DNA of 64,000 nt from the human T2T-CHM13v2.0 reference genome, Homo sapiens, in the NCBI RefSeq assembly GCF_009914755.1, contig NC_060936.1; one strand, written 5' to 3'. The notes under the pieces were generated by a model, which was not told the origin of the DNA, searched no databases, and saw only the letters and a program-made list of their open reading frames with translations. This document shows positions 13,907-28,089 of the stretch, one piece after another (positions within the stretch are counted from its first letter, which is position 1; each line of letters starts with the position of its first letter). A program made the translations under genes and the position numbers.

Positions 13907-15119
13907 AAGTATATCTGTTGTAATCCCTAGATCAACAACTAATAAAATCACACATAAAGATGTATTCATAAACAAGTTCTCCAGATAATTCTGATAATGC
14001 TCAAATTGAGAACCAGTAGACTACACAAAAGAACTTTAAATCTTATTAAAATCCTGATTAGTATTCACTTATAACATTGAAACTCCAGCTTTAATACATA
14101 CAGTGCCTTCAATTTTCCCCTCCTTTTAAGCCCCACCTTCTAGATGGTCAGAATGAAGATGAAAACAGTACCATTGAAGATAATGGGTGCTTCATAGGAA
14201 CCTAAATGGGATGGTAACTAACACTGTGTAGAGATATTATCTGTCTCTAAAGATAGGAAATAAATTTACAGAAATAATTTTGATAATTCTCTAAATTTCC
14301 TCATGAAGGAGAGAAATAATTCTCCCTATTAATGATTTTTGGCAACTGAATCTCAAAGAAATTAAATATTTTATTTGAAGCCCCAACTGGTTGGGATCTG
14401 AGTGCACAGAGAATAGGTAGAAAGGTTTTTTTAAAAAGGATTTAAAACTGGATTAAAAGGGTAATTCGGGAAGAGTTTTGGAAGAAAAAAATTCCAGTTG
14501 AGATAATCCATAGTTTAAACTTTTGAAGACAATTCTAATTGGAAATATAAATTTTGGAGTTCTCTTACGATAAAGATGGCAACAGAAATGTTGAACATAA
14601 AATAAATCATCTTAAGACTGACTGTAAAGTCACTCCTTAAGATTTTTAGGGTCTTAAATCTCCCTTTTTTGAAGAGAACCTAGGGATGAGCTTTGAAAAG
14701 TTTCAATATTTAATCATCAGATAGATGCAGAGACATGAGAGGTGTAAAAAAAGAAAAAAATAAATAAAAAAGAATTCATTACAGCAGAAAGACCCAGCCA
14801 AGAAGACTTAGAGGAAGCAGCCAGAGAAGCAGGAAGGAAGTCAGAAAAGTATGGATAGCATCAGGGAAAATGGTGTTTCCAACAGGAAGGAATGTCCTAC
14901 TGTGCTGAATATTGCTCAAGGGTTAAGGAAGCTAAGAACTAAAAAAAGAAAAAAAAACTGCTCAGGTTAGCACCTACTAGAAACCCTGGCCACCCATACA
15001 AGAGCATCTGGGGCACAGCAGTGGGAAGCAGAGGCAGATTGGAGTAGGCTGAGTGACAGGTAAAGAAATGGGCATAGTAAGTAGAAATAACTTCCAAAAA
15101 AAGTCTGTGAGAGATGCAG

Positions 15120-16520
15120 TGATTAAGATAATGAGATATTGGCACAAGGATAGTCAAACAGACTAAGAGAATAAAATAAAGTCCAGAAGCAGATCCCATA
15201 CAAAGACAAAGTCTTGATTCCTGGCTTCAATAATCCAGCAGAGCAATGAGGAAGAATGGTCCGTTCAATAAATGACGTTGGGTTAATGGGATATCAAAGT
15301 GGGGAAAAATTAATTTTGACTCACACCTCATGCCACATACAGACCAAAAAAAAAAAAAATCAATTCTATGTGGACTGTGGACTTAAATGTGAAAAGTTAA
15401 CAAATAAATGTTATGGAAGATAACAAAGAATATATTCTTAGCTTGGATAGGTGATAATTTCTTAAACAGAATACAAAAAGCACTGACATAAAGGAAAAGA
15501 TCAATAAAATGACGTAAAATAAAATTGAGAACATTTATCCACCAAAAGAGTGAAAAGAAAAACCACTGAGTGAGAAGAAGATATTTGCAAAATATATACT
15601 CAACAAAAGATGTACCAAGTATAGATGAAGAATCCCTTCATGTCAATATGAAAAAGGGAGACAACCCATTTTTTTAATGGCTATAAGACTCAAACAGGCA
15701 CTTTAAAAAAGAGGATATCCAAATGGCTGGAAAAAAAATATATGAAAAGGTTTTTATCTCATTAGCAGTCACCAGATATTGCAAATTAAAACCACCCTGA
15801 CATACCACTACACATGTATCAGAATGGCTAAAATTAAGATGACTGACAATATTAAGTGTTGGTAGGATGTAGGGAAACTGGAACTCTCCTACACTACTAA
15901 TGGGGAATATAAATTGATGCAAACACTTTGGAAACTTTCCAATAGTGTCTACTAAAGCTGGTCATCACCTGCCATATGACCCAGCAATTCCACTCCTAGG
16001 TGTGTACCCTTTAGAAATGCATTTACCAAAAGACCTGTAAAAGAATAGTCATAGCAATACTATTCATAATATCCTAAAACAGAAAACAACCCTAACGTCC
16101 ATCAACAGTACAACAGACAAGGAAAATGTGGTACATTCAAACGATGAAATACTATCCAGTAACGCATAAACCACTACTACACACAACCATATAGATTAAT
16201 CGCACACACTTAATGTTGGGCAAAAACAAAAGCCAGACACAAAATACATATTATACGATTCCATTTATACAAAGTTGAAAAACAGGCAAAACTCATCTGT
16301 GATGCTAGAAGTCAGAATAGTCACGACCTTTGGGTGGTGGGGGTAGGGTCACGACTGGAAGGAGGCCCAAGGGGGACTTCCAGAAAGCTGGAAATGTTCT
16401 ATTTCTTCATCTGGATGGCAGTTCCTCTAGTTTGTCCACTCAGTGATAATTCACCAAGTTGTACACTAAAAATTTGTGTACTATTCTGATATATGCTATA
16501 CTTCCAAAAGAGGCTTTTTT
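15120..16520 (+). mobile_element. Old L1M (L1ME/MD-like) ORF2 end and 3' UTR
   Basis: Degenerate L1 motifs (gacccagcaattccactcctagg; gcaaattaaaaccac). Confidence 0.75.
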
Positions 16521-19500
16521 AAAAGCCTAGCTATAAAGGAGAGGAGAATGAGAAGGCCATAGCTAGAGGGGTTAATGGGGTTTAGAAAGAGGAGTTTCTC
16601 AAGGAAAAAAGTTGAGCCTGTAAAACCAAGCTGCAGCCCAAGAAGCAGCTCATCTCTCATTAAGATGGAAGAGACTCCCCCTGCTGTTCACCTGAGCCAG
16701 GACTCCGGAGTCCGCCAACACCTTGGCCATGCATAGTAAGTGCACAGTAAACTCATTGATTGAGACAGTCGCCTCTGGGTGATGCTTCCAGCTTAGAGGA
16801 CTGGCAAACATCTCTTTCATTGTCATTCCTAATCACACCTCAGAGGACTAGAGACTTCATCTTATTAAGAATTCTAGCAACTCAGCCAAATAGCCAAAGT
16901 GCATGATTCCCATCTTCAGAGAGGAAACAGACACACTTAGTGGGTTAGCAGCTGTCCCCTAAAATCACACGGTCCCTCAGAGACTTTGGATTCTGAGATG
17001 CTCACTCAGGCAACTCCGCAGAGCCAGGGGAATAAGAAAGCAGTCCTGTGTCATGCAAAGTCACAGATCTCAACTGGAGCCCCAGCTTCACCTCCGCAAG
17101 CCTCTGTTTCTGTAAAATGGGAATAATAATCTAACAACAATTGCTACTTCACAACGATTTTGTTAATATATACATTTGGCATGGACTCAGGTGACCAACA
17201 AATGTTTGTTCCCTTTCTCCTCTCCTTTCCCTAGGGAAACTGAAGATTCTTAGAAGACAGAAACAGCTCCATTTTGCAAAGAGCTCTGCAAACCAGGGAT
17301 GCAAAGGTCCCTCGGATTCCAGATAACTGTTCTTAGAACCATGTCATCTGCTGGTCTAGCACAGAGTCTGCCAGTCTCTAGGACAGCTCATCCCTTTTCC
17401 TTTGCACAGTGGTTGTTCAGTTTATGCACATGGGTTTCTGCGTTTCTACATGGTTTGGGTGTGTGCGCTTTTCCCAGATCAGGGAGGAGGGATGGTGGGA
17501 GGGGGAACACACAGCAGCACAAGTGTCTGTGTTTGTGTTTCAAGCTGCAGCTGTTTATTTCCCCAGATGAATTTAAAAATCATTCCAAATTCATCAGCAT
17601 CTTCTGAGGAGCCCTCCTAACTAGCAACATGTTCAATACTCCAAAGCTGCAGTGGATAGGAAGCAAGAGAATTGGGAAGGGGGACAGGATGCATGAGTTC
17701 CGTTTTTCAGCAGTTCCCCTGTCACCCAAGTTCTGATGGTCTCTCATAAGCAGTATCCAACTCAACCCACATCACAGCCCTGGATTTCAATGTAATCACG
17801 GACAACCAAGAGCCCTGAGAGGATGGAGAGGCACCACTATGCCCAGCTTCATCTTCTAGCTCTGGCTCAAGGTAAAGAGTGAGGAAAAATGCAGGCAGGC
17901 TGAGACTTACTCCCTGGAACACATGGTTGTTTGGATCAGGCATCCGTTTCTGAGCCCCTCCTAGTCACGAGAGATTTCACTTTCCATGCCCAGTGTTTAG
18001 CACCCATCTAGAGGGCAGAGGACAATTTAAAAATGCATTTGTGAATTTGAGTATGTTACTGAACTTCCATGGACCTCCATCTGTAAAATGAGACGCTAAT
18101 TAAAGACTCTCAAAGGTCCCTTCCAACTCTTTCTGAGTCATCGAGGGCTTACCATAAAATAAAATGGAAAACAACAACAACAACAACAAAAAACTAAAGT
18201 GAACTCTCCCTTTAAAAAAAAAAACATGGGGGAGCATTTGCTCTACCTCCGCATTTAACGTGTGGTCCCTGCCATCCTGGCACAGCCTGACCACAATCCC
18301 CTTCCCCATGGGTGGGGCCGGGACAGGAAATGGCCAAGCACACAGCATCTTCCCAACCTCCCCTCTGGTGCTCAGTCACTTCATCTGCTGAGTATTTAAT
18401 TAGAACTGGTGATGGCTGTTTGGAAAGAGTCAAGGCCAAGAGGGCAGGAAGGCGTCTCCTTGTTCTCGGCTCAGGAGACTCAGAGAAAGCCCAACAGCTG
18501 GGACAGGTCTCAGTCTAGGTCATTCCCCTGCCGGCAGCACTTTGATGGCTTTTTGTATTCATCAATTCAGACGTTCTCCTGGGGAGGGCCTTGACTTCAG
18601 ATGAGGTGGGGCCACTCTCAGCAGGGTCACTGATTCTCCTCGTCCCATTCCCGACACGCTTTGCTTTCTGAAGCCTGGAAATACACATTTCCATACCGAG
18701 CAAGGCTGCAGCGGTGGCTGCAAGAGGGACCTGGAGATGTTAGCAAACCCAGGCAGGAAGTAACAATGAGCAGATTCAACCTGGAAAAATGCGGCCTTTG
18801 CATCTGGGGATAAATAATCAGAAACACAAATACTCAGGTGGGAGGGAGATGCTTGGAACAGGAAGCAGCCAGACAGCATTTGGACAGGAGCTTGCAATGT
18901 GATCTGGTGACAAAGAAATTGCTGGGGGATTCATGAGCTGGATGCATGGAGGTGATACCCCAACAAGAACAAGGAAGGAACAAGGGGGAGGACAAGCAGC
19001 TGTTCTTTGCCTCCCTGGAGGCCACCACTATGTGGACCAAGGGTTTGAGATGGCAGCAAGAAAGGTTCGGGTCAGACTCTAGAAACATAGGGAGATATTA
19101 CGTAAGAGCATGGGCAAGCCCCCTGGGAAGAAGTCTGAAGGACCCTGACATGCACAGCCTGTCCAGAGCTGGGGGCATGGATGAGGTGACCTTCAAGCAT
19201 CTGATGCACACGACTGCATGATTCTGCAGAATACGGTGAGTGGACCTGCTCGGTAGGTGTTGCAGGAGACGAGAGATGGAGGAACTCAAATCAGCCAAAA
19301 ATGGAATGGAAATTCAAGAGCTGGGAAAAACCACATGACCTGTTCTGAGTTGGAGACAAAGCTGGGAAAGGAACTCCTATTTGCAGATACACAGAATCCC
19401 TCCTCCTCAGGCCCACAAGGAAGATATTTTCCAATCCTGTTGCTCCATTGCCTAGGACATAAGAGCATCAAAATGAGGCTCCAGAGACAATTCCCCATGT

Positions 19501-19911
19501 ACATTAGACTCCGAGGGGCCAATCACACAGATGCTATTTGACTTATTCCTTTGCCAACATACAGTTGCTCTGGAGGGATTTCGGTTAGATCTTAGGAAGA
19601 ACTTCCTCCTGAGATTTGAGATACTGCATGAGCGAGCAAAAGAGGCAGTTTATATTCTCTCTTCCTACAGTCAGTTTATAGGCTAGATTACACTCAGAGA
19701 TGTATAGAGAGGAAATATCCCCTTCCACTACAGCATAGTGAGAAAGCTACAGTGCACCTCACTTCGAACAAACTTGATATCTGAAAGTCCAGGATTAAAA
19801 AGCAGACCAATTAGGTTGCTTATTCACTTTTTTAAAAAACTCACGATAACAAGCTATATTAATACACTTAAATTTGGATGTGAGATTTAAGAATGGCATT
19901 CAAAATAGCTA

Positions 19912-20200
19912 GGCTGGACAAGATGGTTCATGCCTTTAATCCCAGCACTTTGGGTGGCTGAGGCAGGAGGATGGCTTGGAGCCAGGAGTTTGCAATCAGC
20001 CTTGGCAATATAGTGAGACCCCCATCTCTACAAAAGAAAAATTTAAAAATTAGCTAGGCATGGTGACATGTGCCTATAGTTCCAGCTACCCAGGAGGCCA
20101 AGGCGGAGGAAGACTTGAGCCCAGGAGTTAGAGGTTTCAGTGAGCCATGATCGCACCACTGCACTCCAGCCTGGCCAACAGAACAAGACTCAATCACAAA
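19912..20200 (+). mobile_element. Alu (AluJ-like)
   Basis: Dimeric Alu motifs (aatcccagcactttggg; gcaccactgcactccagcctgg). Confidence 0.9.
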
Positions 20201-20201
20201 A

Positions 20202-20514
20202 GAAGGGAAGGGAAGGGAATGGGAGGGGAGGGGAGGGGAGGGGAGGGGAGGGAAGAGGAAGGGAAGGGAGGGGAGGGGAGGAGGGGGGAGGGGAGGGGAG
20301 GAGGGGGGAGGGGAGGGGAGGAGGGGGAGGGGAGGGGAGGGGAGGGGAGGGGAGGGGAAGGGAGGGGAGGGGAAGGGAGGGGAGGAGAGGGGAGGGGAGG
20401 GGAGGGGAGGGGAAGGGAGGGGAGGGGAGAGGAGGGGAGGGGAGGGGAGGGGAGGGGAGGGGAGGGGAGGGGAGGAGAGGGGAGGGGAGAGGAGGGGAGG
20501 GGAGGGGAGGGGAG
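20202..20514 (+). repeat. (GGGGA)n polypurine tract at the Alu tail
   Basis: ~310 bp of almost only G/A pentamer repeats. Confidence 0.95.
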
Positions 20515-21255
20515 TTCTAGCTCAAACCAGGGCACAAAGGTGGGTGACTTATTGATGGACCCAGGAATGCAAAGGTCTCTATGATTTTAGCTGAGTCTTC
20601 CTAGGGACCATCCAGCTTCCTGGTGAGGTATATGACATGGGGGTCTTAGCTCTTGGAAGAGCTTTAGAGACTCTAGAAAGAAGGAAGGACAAAGGCTTCT
20701 GTCTTTCTGAATGCAGACTCTCCACAGCACCGGACAATTGCGCAGTGTTGAAGTCTCATGCTGGTCTGTAAAGCCAGGCCAGAAGAGGAACTGGGAATAA
20801 TTAGGATGGGAGATTACATCCAACTTACAGGTAGGTCATCCCAGAGGCCAGAAAAAGACAAAAGAGTTTGAGGGATCTTTGGACCTGATATTAAGAAACT
20901 CTAAGAACAGCTAATCCTGAGCTTCTGATATATGCCAGGCACTGCACTGGGCTCTTTAACATACATTATATCATTTAATTATTTGTTTCCTGGACAAATA
21001 TTAAGCACCCACTATGTGCCATCCTTCTTCAAAACAATTCAGCCAGATTACTTATACAGAGAAGAAAACTGAAGTGATGTGAAGTATCATATAATTTCCC
21101 CACGGTTATATGTCCTCTAGTGGCTCAGCTGAAATTCAGATTCTGGCTGGCATTCTCACTGTGCTTTACACCAGAACCTTCTTCTTCAAGAAACCTTCCC
21201 AGCTCTGCCACTCTTGGTTCCAAGCATTACAGTAAGACAGCTAGGATGTGCAAAG

Positions 21256-21257
<2 letters not shown>

Positions 21258-21288
<31 letters not shown>
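21258..21288 (+). repeat. (TG)n microsatellite
   Basis: ~15 TG units. Confidence 0.95.
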
Positions 21289-21292
<4 letters not shown>

Positions 21293-22689
21293 TAGACAGC
21301 AAGGTCTGTGCAGACAATTCACAATTATCCAAACTGGCAGAGATGATGAGTGGTAGCACAGATAAACCGCAGCCCTTTGGTCCTTTGGTCCTGGAGGGAT
21401 TTGTACTCTGCATTTGAGAGTGGAAGATCCCAGCATATCTGTGTAATTCAGCCTGGTTTAGGCTAAGATTAATGACTGAATTAGCTCCCACTTCTGAGCA
21501 TCCTAGCAGCAGGAAGGGGTGACCCAGAATGCAAGAGGTGGTGAGCAGATTAAGCACTCACCCTCCGTGAGTAGCCCCCACATGGAGGAAACCCACACAT
21601 GTACATGGGTCATCCTGCATGACCCTGGGCAATTTCCTGCCTTCTGCTTTCTTCATTAAACACTGACCTCCCCAAATGTGCCCACCACATGATCATCCCC
21701 TCTTTCTTCATCCCAGAGCAATGCAGGCCTCTGTGCTTGAAGAGTGTTCCAGCCCAAATGTTGCCTGGCTGCTGCAGCATTAGTCTCCAATGTAAGCAGC
21801 TTATGGAAGCTGTAGTAAAGAAGGGGGGACTCCCATCTGGGACCATGGTCCTTGAAAAAGGAAAGAGCCAATATGATGTGATTTCCAGAACCTGCTCCAC
21901 CTGCTGGTGCCCAATACACCACCATTCACCTAAGGCTTTGATCCCTGAGAAAAATGCAGCTGCCGCAAAGCAGGGTTACACTGAAGGGTCTGAATGAGTG
22001 GGATTGGAAGGAGGGAGAGTGATGGGAAAACCACATGGAAGGGAAGCCACAGAAGAGGAAGGCTGAGTGTGCCCAGGGCAGACGCCTCGCAGGCCCACCA
22101 TCACCTCTCCTGATGCCTGTAGCACGAATGAGCGGCGCACACACCTGTGGGTTTATCCCAGTACTGCTTCCGGGGGCAGCTGACACTCCACATCGTCCTG
22201 TCCTCCCTGCCAGAGCCCCAGGTGACCCTGGTACCACACGGCCCCGACATGCCACAGCACCCGATGCTCCTTCTCGATCTTCAAATTTTGCAGTGTCATC
22301 CTCTAGCCTTGCTCCCCCTGGGAAGCCTTGCCACCTCTCACCCCTGCCTGCTGGCTCCAGACCCATACACCTGTCTCAGGGGCAGTCCTGAGCAGACTGA
22401 TTCTCACCACAAACACAGCCCAAGGGTAATTAAAAGGTATCTGCAGGGATCCAGCTCTTTCCCAACCCACAAGCTCCCACCTAGGCTGACAGGAGGGAAG
22501 ACAGGATCAGCAGAACAAAGGGAACAGGGAACAAAATGATAAGAAGAGGATACTCTCAAGTTCAGAGGTGTTCTTCTCCTCCCCTGAACTTTCTTAAGTG
22601 GCTGACAATCCAAACAGTGGACTCTAGGACTCCCCTTTCCCCATGCCAAGCTCAGACAGCAGGAACCTCATCCCTGGAGAGGGAGGACA

Positions 22690-23050
22690 CGGCAGTGACT
22701 GAGAGCTCAGGCTCAGGGTTTGAATCCCTCACTGGCAGCAAGGGTTCCCAGGGGGGTGAGGCTGGGGGATAACGCTGAAAGAATTGAAGGGAGCACCAGG
22801 TGCTGTTGCGTGTTAGGGCCGTGTGGCACCTGGAGCCACCTGGGGCTCTGGCAGGGAGGACGGTGTGGAATGTCAGCTCCCCCATCACCCTGGGGGCAGT
22901 GCTGGGATGACCCTGATCAAGTTATGTAACTTTGGTTTTCTTATCTGCAAAATAGGGGCAGTGGTAGTATACGCTTCATGGAGTGGTTTTAAAGATTAAA
23001 TGAGTTACTTTATGTTCCTAGCACAGTAGAAGCATCTCTTATTACTAATA
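22690..23050 (+). mobile_element. MIR interrupted by a ~180-bp inverted duplication (22734-22913)
   Basis: 5' MIR part (gagagctcaggctc..tttgaatcc) and 3' core (ttttcttatctgcaaaatagggg..gattaaatgagtt) flank the insert. Confidence 0.6.
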
Positions 23051-23990
23051 ACTTCAAAAGCAGAAGTACAGGGATCAGAGAGGGAGGGGCCCAAGATTCA
23101 TGAGGCCCCAGTGGCAGGAAAGAGAGAGCAGGTATTCCTGGCAACACTGAATAGGAAGTTCCTGATGACTGGAAAAGATCCCACCACCAGAGAAGCTTTC
23201 AGGACAAGGAGACAGTGCCTGACATACTGTCCCTAGGAAATCATGTCTGCGTCTTTTTTCTGAAGAGCCCATGACAAATCCAAGTCCATGACAAAGTAAT
23301 CATTATGACCTTGGAATCTGCCCAATGGCACAGAGCCAGAGAGGGTTGAAAGAAAGAAGAGAAGGCCAGAACTAGAAAAGAAGGAAGGGTGGAAAGATAC
23401 AAAAAAAATCTGCTAACACCCCAGGGCTCAACCTCTTTCCCCAACAGGTCACCAAATCCCCAAAACACTGGACCAGATGACAGCCTGTTCAGGGACTCAG
23501 GTTCACCCTACAGGTCTCCTCTCTCTCACCTTCTCTCCCCTATCCCTTCATCCCACCCCGGCTTCTAGCTTTCTCTCTTCGGGCGTCTCCTCAGGGTGGG
23601 TGGCTCTGAGCGGGCTGCAGATTGCTGTGGTGTTTTCTTCCCAGACTGAGGAAGGAGATGGGAGAACCAAAGGCAATACTGCTATTGAATGAGAGGCAGG
23701 AATTGGAGAAGGTTTCAGTGCAGGAAAAGGATAGGAGCTGACACACAGAGATCCCAGGCTGCTATAATTGGGGGCAGGGCTAGGAGAAGGCACCAAGGGC
23801 TTCCTCTCCAGTTGGCCTTCCCTGTCAACTCAAGCTCCTGGGCATCTCTGCCTCCTGGAGCAACTCTACAATGTATTATCTTTGCTAGGCATTATGCTTT
23901 GAATCATTCAACAAACAGCACTAAAGGCTATTATATTATCAATATGTCACACATTGTTAAAAAAAAAAAAAAAAGAAAAAGAAAAAAAGA

Positions 23991-24491
<501 letters not shown>

Positions 24492-27400
24492 TCAATCCAT
24501 TCAGCGGCAAGCATAGCTCTAGAAGGTGTACTAGGTGCTTTGGTAATGTTGCCCAAGTACAGAATGAGAGGCATTAGATGATGGATGGATGCAACATAGC
24601 ATCAAATAACATTTTTAAATAACAAGAAAGTCCGTTTTCAATTATCCTGCAAAAATAAAGTCTCCGTTTGTTTCCAATATGTCTTTAACCTCTCTGATGC
24701 TAGCTAAGCTTCCTTCTCAACAAAGAGTAAGCAGGCCCCGGTCTCGGATCTCCTGCAGCCAACAGTATCCAGCTAGAAATGAATGATGTCGTTTTGTTTC
24801 GGTTGTGCCTATTTTTATAATTATTGTCTATCTGTTGGCCAGTGATATTGGTTCTCCATTTCTGATAATGATAGAATGTTTCCCTTTAAAATAAATTTAA
24901 GTTTCAAAAGTGAGCCAATTTAACAAAAATATTCAGCAAATAATAGTCCAGATAGTAAATGGCTACGCCTAAAATTAGGAATCTAGTAAGTAGTGGTATT
25001 CAAACTCATAATCATGGTATTCAAATAACCAGTATTTGTGAAACCTTTTACTCTGGGAGCCCAGAAAAGAGGCAATTGGCATATATGCCTTGAACTGTTA
25101 ACTCTCTGTTCATGAATTTTCTAATTTCCTAACAAGACAGTAAACTCCCTGCACCTTCTCCCTTTGGGGATGCCTAATCCACTCATCAAGCAGTTTCATT
25201 CATTCAGAAAATAGGAAGGGAATTCAACTCAGCCCATAAAGAGGGGGAAAAAAAAAGGAAAATTGAAGCACAAAGGTAGACAGGGTGGGAGAGCCAACTT
25301 TGGCTTATTTTATGACACATTACAATTCATGAAGTATTTCGCCCATGAACGGTGTGGGCTACAGATCCCAGATAAGAAAATAGACCCGGCATGGCTAAGA
25401 ACCTTGCACAAAGACACACATCAGTGAACCTGGCCCTTCACTCTCCATACCCTAAGTTCTTCTTGCTACATCGTGCTCCTGGGGAGCCCAGTGGGGAAGG
25501 CAGCTCCCACGCATACCACTGATGCTCTCAGCCTTCAGCAGGCAGAGCTGGGATGCCAGACCCTGCTCACAGGCGTGGCCTGAGTTGGTCTGAATGCAAC
25601 CTCCCCAACTCCACAATGCACCGTGAGAGCAGTACATAGCAACACACACAAACTCGTAACCACGCACGGGCAGCGTGTGCAGGGAGCCAGCAGCAAACCC
25701 ACACCAGCTCCGAGGACCCTGGGGCTTCCACTCTGAAGCCTTTGGGGGTTCCCGTGTCTGCAGAGAACAACAGAAAAGCACACCCATCAAATTCCACTCC
25801 TTCTGTTTCCTGTTCCTGAAAAGCTGCTAAGACTCACAGGTCCTCTCTGAGGCCTGAGAAGCCTTCACCCTCCAACGGCCTGTGGATGAGCTAAGTGTAA
25901 GTTCCCTGGGCTGGAAGAGCCCAGAAAGAACGGATCAACAGCATGGGCTAAAATATCCACGGTCAAACAGACCTCAGCCCTTACCACCTGAGAATAATCA
26001 ATTCCTGAGTGGAAACTCAACAAGGCAGTAATACGAACACCAGCAGTCACCCTATCCAAGCCGAGAGTCCGACTGCCCAGGGTGCTGGGCTGGACAGAAA
26101 GTCCAACTGCTGGCCACAGTGGAGTGGTTTGCAGTAGCCGAGACTCCCAACCCAGTGATGCTCAAGGAATGGTAAACACATTCTGGGAGACATCAGAATG
26201 GACCCAGGGTTCCCTAGGAGGCATTAGGCCATAAATGGCAATTTCCATGAATCATCATGGAACCCTCTGACTTTAGCTAAGCTCCTGGGCAAGCCAAGAG
26301 AGGTAAGAGAAGATGAGGCCTCCTAAGTGCATCTGTCCCGCTCAGCAGACAGTGACACAGCTAACATCCCCAACAGCTGCTCTTCCTTTTGCTTCCATTG
26401 TAACTGTCGCTTTGTTTTCCCTTACAATTGTGTGCACAGAATAGGGAAGGCAGGGAATAAGTGGGGTGCACCATTGCTTGTATTGGTGCCTGAATGTAAA
26501 CAGGAGCATTATCTCCTCTGGAGAATGGCCTTCACTCCACACAGAATCATGAGTCCACTCAGAACAAGGGTCATCCGCCTTTTGAGCAGAATGCATCATT
26601 ACACGCTGTAGGTCCACAAAATAGCAGAGCAGGAAGGGGCCCTGGAGACTGGTGGGAGCTAGGAGAACATGCACAGATCATGATGCTGTTTGCAAGATCC
26701 TTTACAAAGGTTCTTAACGTACCAGCATGCTTAATTCCACCATTAAAACTAGGAATAATTCTGTAGAAAAACCCACAACCCAAACTAAGCCTAGAAATTA
26801 AACATGATTGGCCAATTCCACATGCTCCCATTAATATTCTCTCACTTCTCACCCACTCCTTTTGCCCTCAACAAGTACTTACTGGCAGGCAAGGGGTAAC
26901 AGCTTCCAAAGGTTTAACAAAAAGATATGTTAGAACAACTGTAAATTGAGAAAACTATCTTTATTCATGTTACTTTTTAGTAAATTGCAAAAACTTTATC
27001 AATTTTTTTATTTTGGTATAGACTACCTTACTCCAAGTCATGGGAAGACAGTACTGTCAGATACATAGCTGGAGAATCCCTGATTTCACACCCAACCTTC
27101 CCTTTTTCCAGAATAGAAGTCGAGATCCAGAGAGAAGCCAGTTGGCAGCAGACAAGGTCCTAGAACCCAGGTCTTCCAGTGCTCAGCTCCCTTCTTGGGT
27201 TCAGGCACACCATGGACTAAACAACATGCTTCCAAAGTGCAGTTAGCTGTGCACACGGAGAGGCAGCTGCACAGCAGCACACAGGAGCCCAGCATCATCC
27301 CGTGCCCCACAAGTGCACCTGCAGCAGGACTCTTCAGGAGCCCTCTCTGGGCAGTGCGTGCCCAGAGAGCAGGCGGTGGGCGTTCCTATTTGATCTCCCT

Positions 27401-27799
27401 TCATACAGCAGCCAGGCAGGACTGCCATGCTCTACCTAAGGCTTCTCCTAGGCTTTGGGGAATATGTTCAAGGGCATGTAGGCATTTTGGGGCCATGGAA
27501 TGGAACCTCAGGACAGTCAGATGAAATCTATGGACCCTACTCAGAATGTTTTTAAATGTATAAAATAATTATCCGAGGCAACAAGGAGACTAAATGTATA
27601 GAAACAGAGTTATCCAAATAGTTAAACATAAATTTGTGATATAGTAATAGACTTCCTTCTCTATTAACACATGAAATAATGAGACCTAGAGACACATCTA
27701 AAAATTGGCATAATTTCTAAGTACAAATGAGTATAATTTGTTTTCGAGATTTGTGCAACAAATTTGATATGATACAAATCTATGTGTTTGTTCTTGTTG

Positions 27800-28089
27800 T
27801 TTTGTTTTTTGAGACAGTCTCACTCTGTCACCCAGGCTGGAGTGCAGTGGCACAATCTCGGCTGACTGCAATCTCTGCCTCCTGGGTTCCAGCGATTCTC
27901 GTGCCTCAGCCTCTGGAGTAGCTGGATTACAGGCACGTGCCACCAAGCCTGGCTAATTTTTGTATTTTTAGTAGAGACAGGGTTTCACCATGTTGGCCAG
28001 GCTGGTCTTGAACTCCTGACCTCAGTGGATCCACCCATTTAGGCCTCCCAAAGTATTGGGATTACAGGTGTGAGCCACAGAACCTGGCC
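27800..28089 (-). mobile_element. Alu (AluS-like), within a probable hAT-Charlie-like DNA transposon relic (~27500-28285)
   Basis: Reverse Alu consensus; the surrounding element call is tentative. Confidence 0.85.

Noticed and set aside
20140-20584. G/E/R- and P/S/L-rich ORFs
   Set aside because: Translations of the (GGGGA)n tract.
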